From contig OZ287072.1 in assembly GCA_965645245.1 (NCBI GenBank), positions 2,046,001 through 2,110,000 on the forward strand: 64,000 nt of DNA, given 5' to 3'. The stretch is from Massalongia carnosa. Taxonomy: Eukaryota. The stretch's first letter is position 1. Each line of letters opens with the position of its first letter. The position numbers and the translations under genes are program-made. Of the stretch, positions 62,913 to 64,000 are shown piece after piece. The notes under the pieces were generated by a model that saw nothing but the letters and a program-made list of their open reading frames with translations, was not told where the DNA came from and did no database searches.

Positions 62913-64000
62913 CTACCTCCCCGCGCCCCGGCTTCCAACACTCCCACTGACGCTCCCGCTCCTGGCGTTCCTCACCTTCCCCCTCTCCAACTCCATCCTC
63001 AGTGCCTCGTTTTCCGCAAGTCCCTCCTCCAACCGCTTGCGTGCCGCGCTCCGATCCAACAGCCGAGCCTCCCGCTCCGCCTTCAGCCGCCGCTCCAGCT
63101 CTCGCAGCCGATGGATCCACCGCTGCTGGCTGGGCTCGATGGGTGCGCTGCGCGGGAGCAGCGCCGCAGCCACGGCGGACTCGCTGCGCTGGTTCAGGCT
63201 CGACGAGGCGCGCTCGAGCGTCTCGACTACTGAGGTGGAATGGTGGCGCATCAGCATGGGCGGCGGCGCGGCGCGGTCGCTGGCGTCTCGGCTGCCGTGG
63301 CCGTGGCCGCTAATGCTGTTGGAAGCCGAGCGGGAAGACGCGCGTGCGTGCATTTCTTGTTTCTGGAGTACAGCCAGCTCCGACTTCAGCAGGCGGTTTT
63401 CCCCCCGGAGTTTGGCGATCTCGGGCGCGGCGGTGAAGGTGCCCGAGACGCGCTGGCTTTGCACCGTCGCCTCGAGGCGGTCAAGTTTCTTGATGCGGGA
63501 CTCAAGGTTTTGCTCTAGGCTTTGGTACTCCTTCCAGAGATCGCGTTCAATGGTTCGGACGCGGCCTTTGAAGCCGAGAATCATGCCCTCGACGGTTTTG
63601 ACGGCCAAGAGCAAGGTTTTGCTGAAGGAGGGGAGCATGCTGGATACAACTTCTATGGTGGGGAGATGATTGTTGATGAGATTGTTTTGATGCTGCCAAT
63701 CGGAGCCGCACATGGTTGAGATTCGGGTCCAGAGGGTGAGGAGAAGATTGTTGCGTTCAGCGAGCTGGTCTTTGAACTGTTGTTCCAAGGCGGCGAGCTT
63801 CTTTCGATCGGCCTGTCTGCTGGTTTCCAGCTCCGTGATACGCGTGTCTTTTTGCGTAACGGTACGGCTTGTGTGCTGATGGGTTCGCTGCCACTGATCG
63901 TGTTGCGCTTTATCTGCCCGACGACCTTGACGCTCTCTCTCTAGTAGTTCCGACAGTTTCTTCGATTCAAGGCCGTGGCTTTCCAGCAAAGCATCTCGAT
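62913..64000 (-). CDS. apsB: ApsB/Mto1-like gamma-tubulin complex receptor, C-terminal part; 5' part lies outside the window
   Basis: QL.ERNNLLL.LW.R.S..CG.DW and the MASC-like motif WIHRLRELERRLKAEREARLLDRS.ARKRL. Confidence 0.85.
   Translation of the reverse strand, partial: RDALLESHGLESKKLSELLERERQGRRADKAQHDQWQRTHQHTSRTVTQKDTRITELETSRQADRKKLAALEQQFKDQLAERNNLLLTLWTRISTMCGSDWQHQNNLINNHLPTIEVVSSMLPSFSKTLLLAVKTVEGMILGFKGRVRTIERDLWKEYQSLEQNLESRIKKLDRLEATVQSQRVSGTFTAAPEIAKLRGENRLLKSELAVLQKQEMHARASSRSASNSISGHGHGSRDASDRAAPPPMLMRHHSTSVVETLERASSSLNQRSESAVAAALLPRSAPIEPSQQRWIHRLRELERRLKAEREARLLDRSAARKRLEEGLAENEALRMELERGKVRNARSGSVSGSVGSRGAGR

Overview
Gene-dense region of a filamentous ascomycete (Pezizomycotina) genome, with short GT-AG introns and CTAAC/CTGAC-type branch points. 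A lichen-forming fungus is plausible but is only a guess. Conserved genes in order: 3' kinase part of BCK1 (MAPKKK), SGT1/ecdysoneless, spindle-pole-body Pcp1, an F-box protein, TSR4, RPA34-like, GRC3, folliculin/LST7, eIF3k, cofactor-independent phosphoglycerate mutase, MED9, cytosolic SHMT, PET112/GatB, arginase, type II NADH dehydrogenase, BSD2, CBP6, a MARVEL-like membrane protein, the clock gene frq and the 3' part of ApsB/Mto1. At 21.9-27.8 kb four Tc1/mariner-superfamily elements lie side by side without nesting: a MITE, a pogo-type pseudogene, an intact DD34E element and a frameshifted DD41E element. The eIF3k first intron holds a probable box C/D snoRNA with a guide matching 25S rRNA. 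Other unexplained structure: a cluster of TA-flanked CTCTG motifs, recurring C-rich to G-rich switches, and GATCG-rich blocks on both sides of frq. All family assignments come from recalled motifs, not from database searches.
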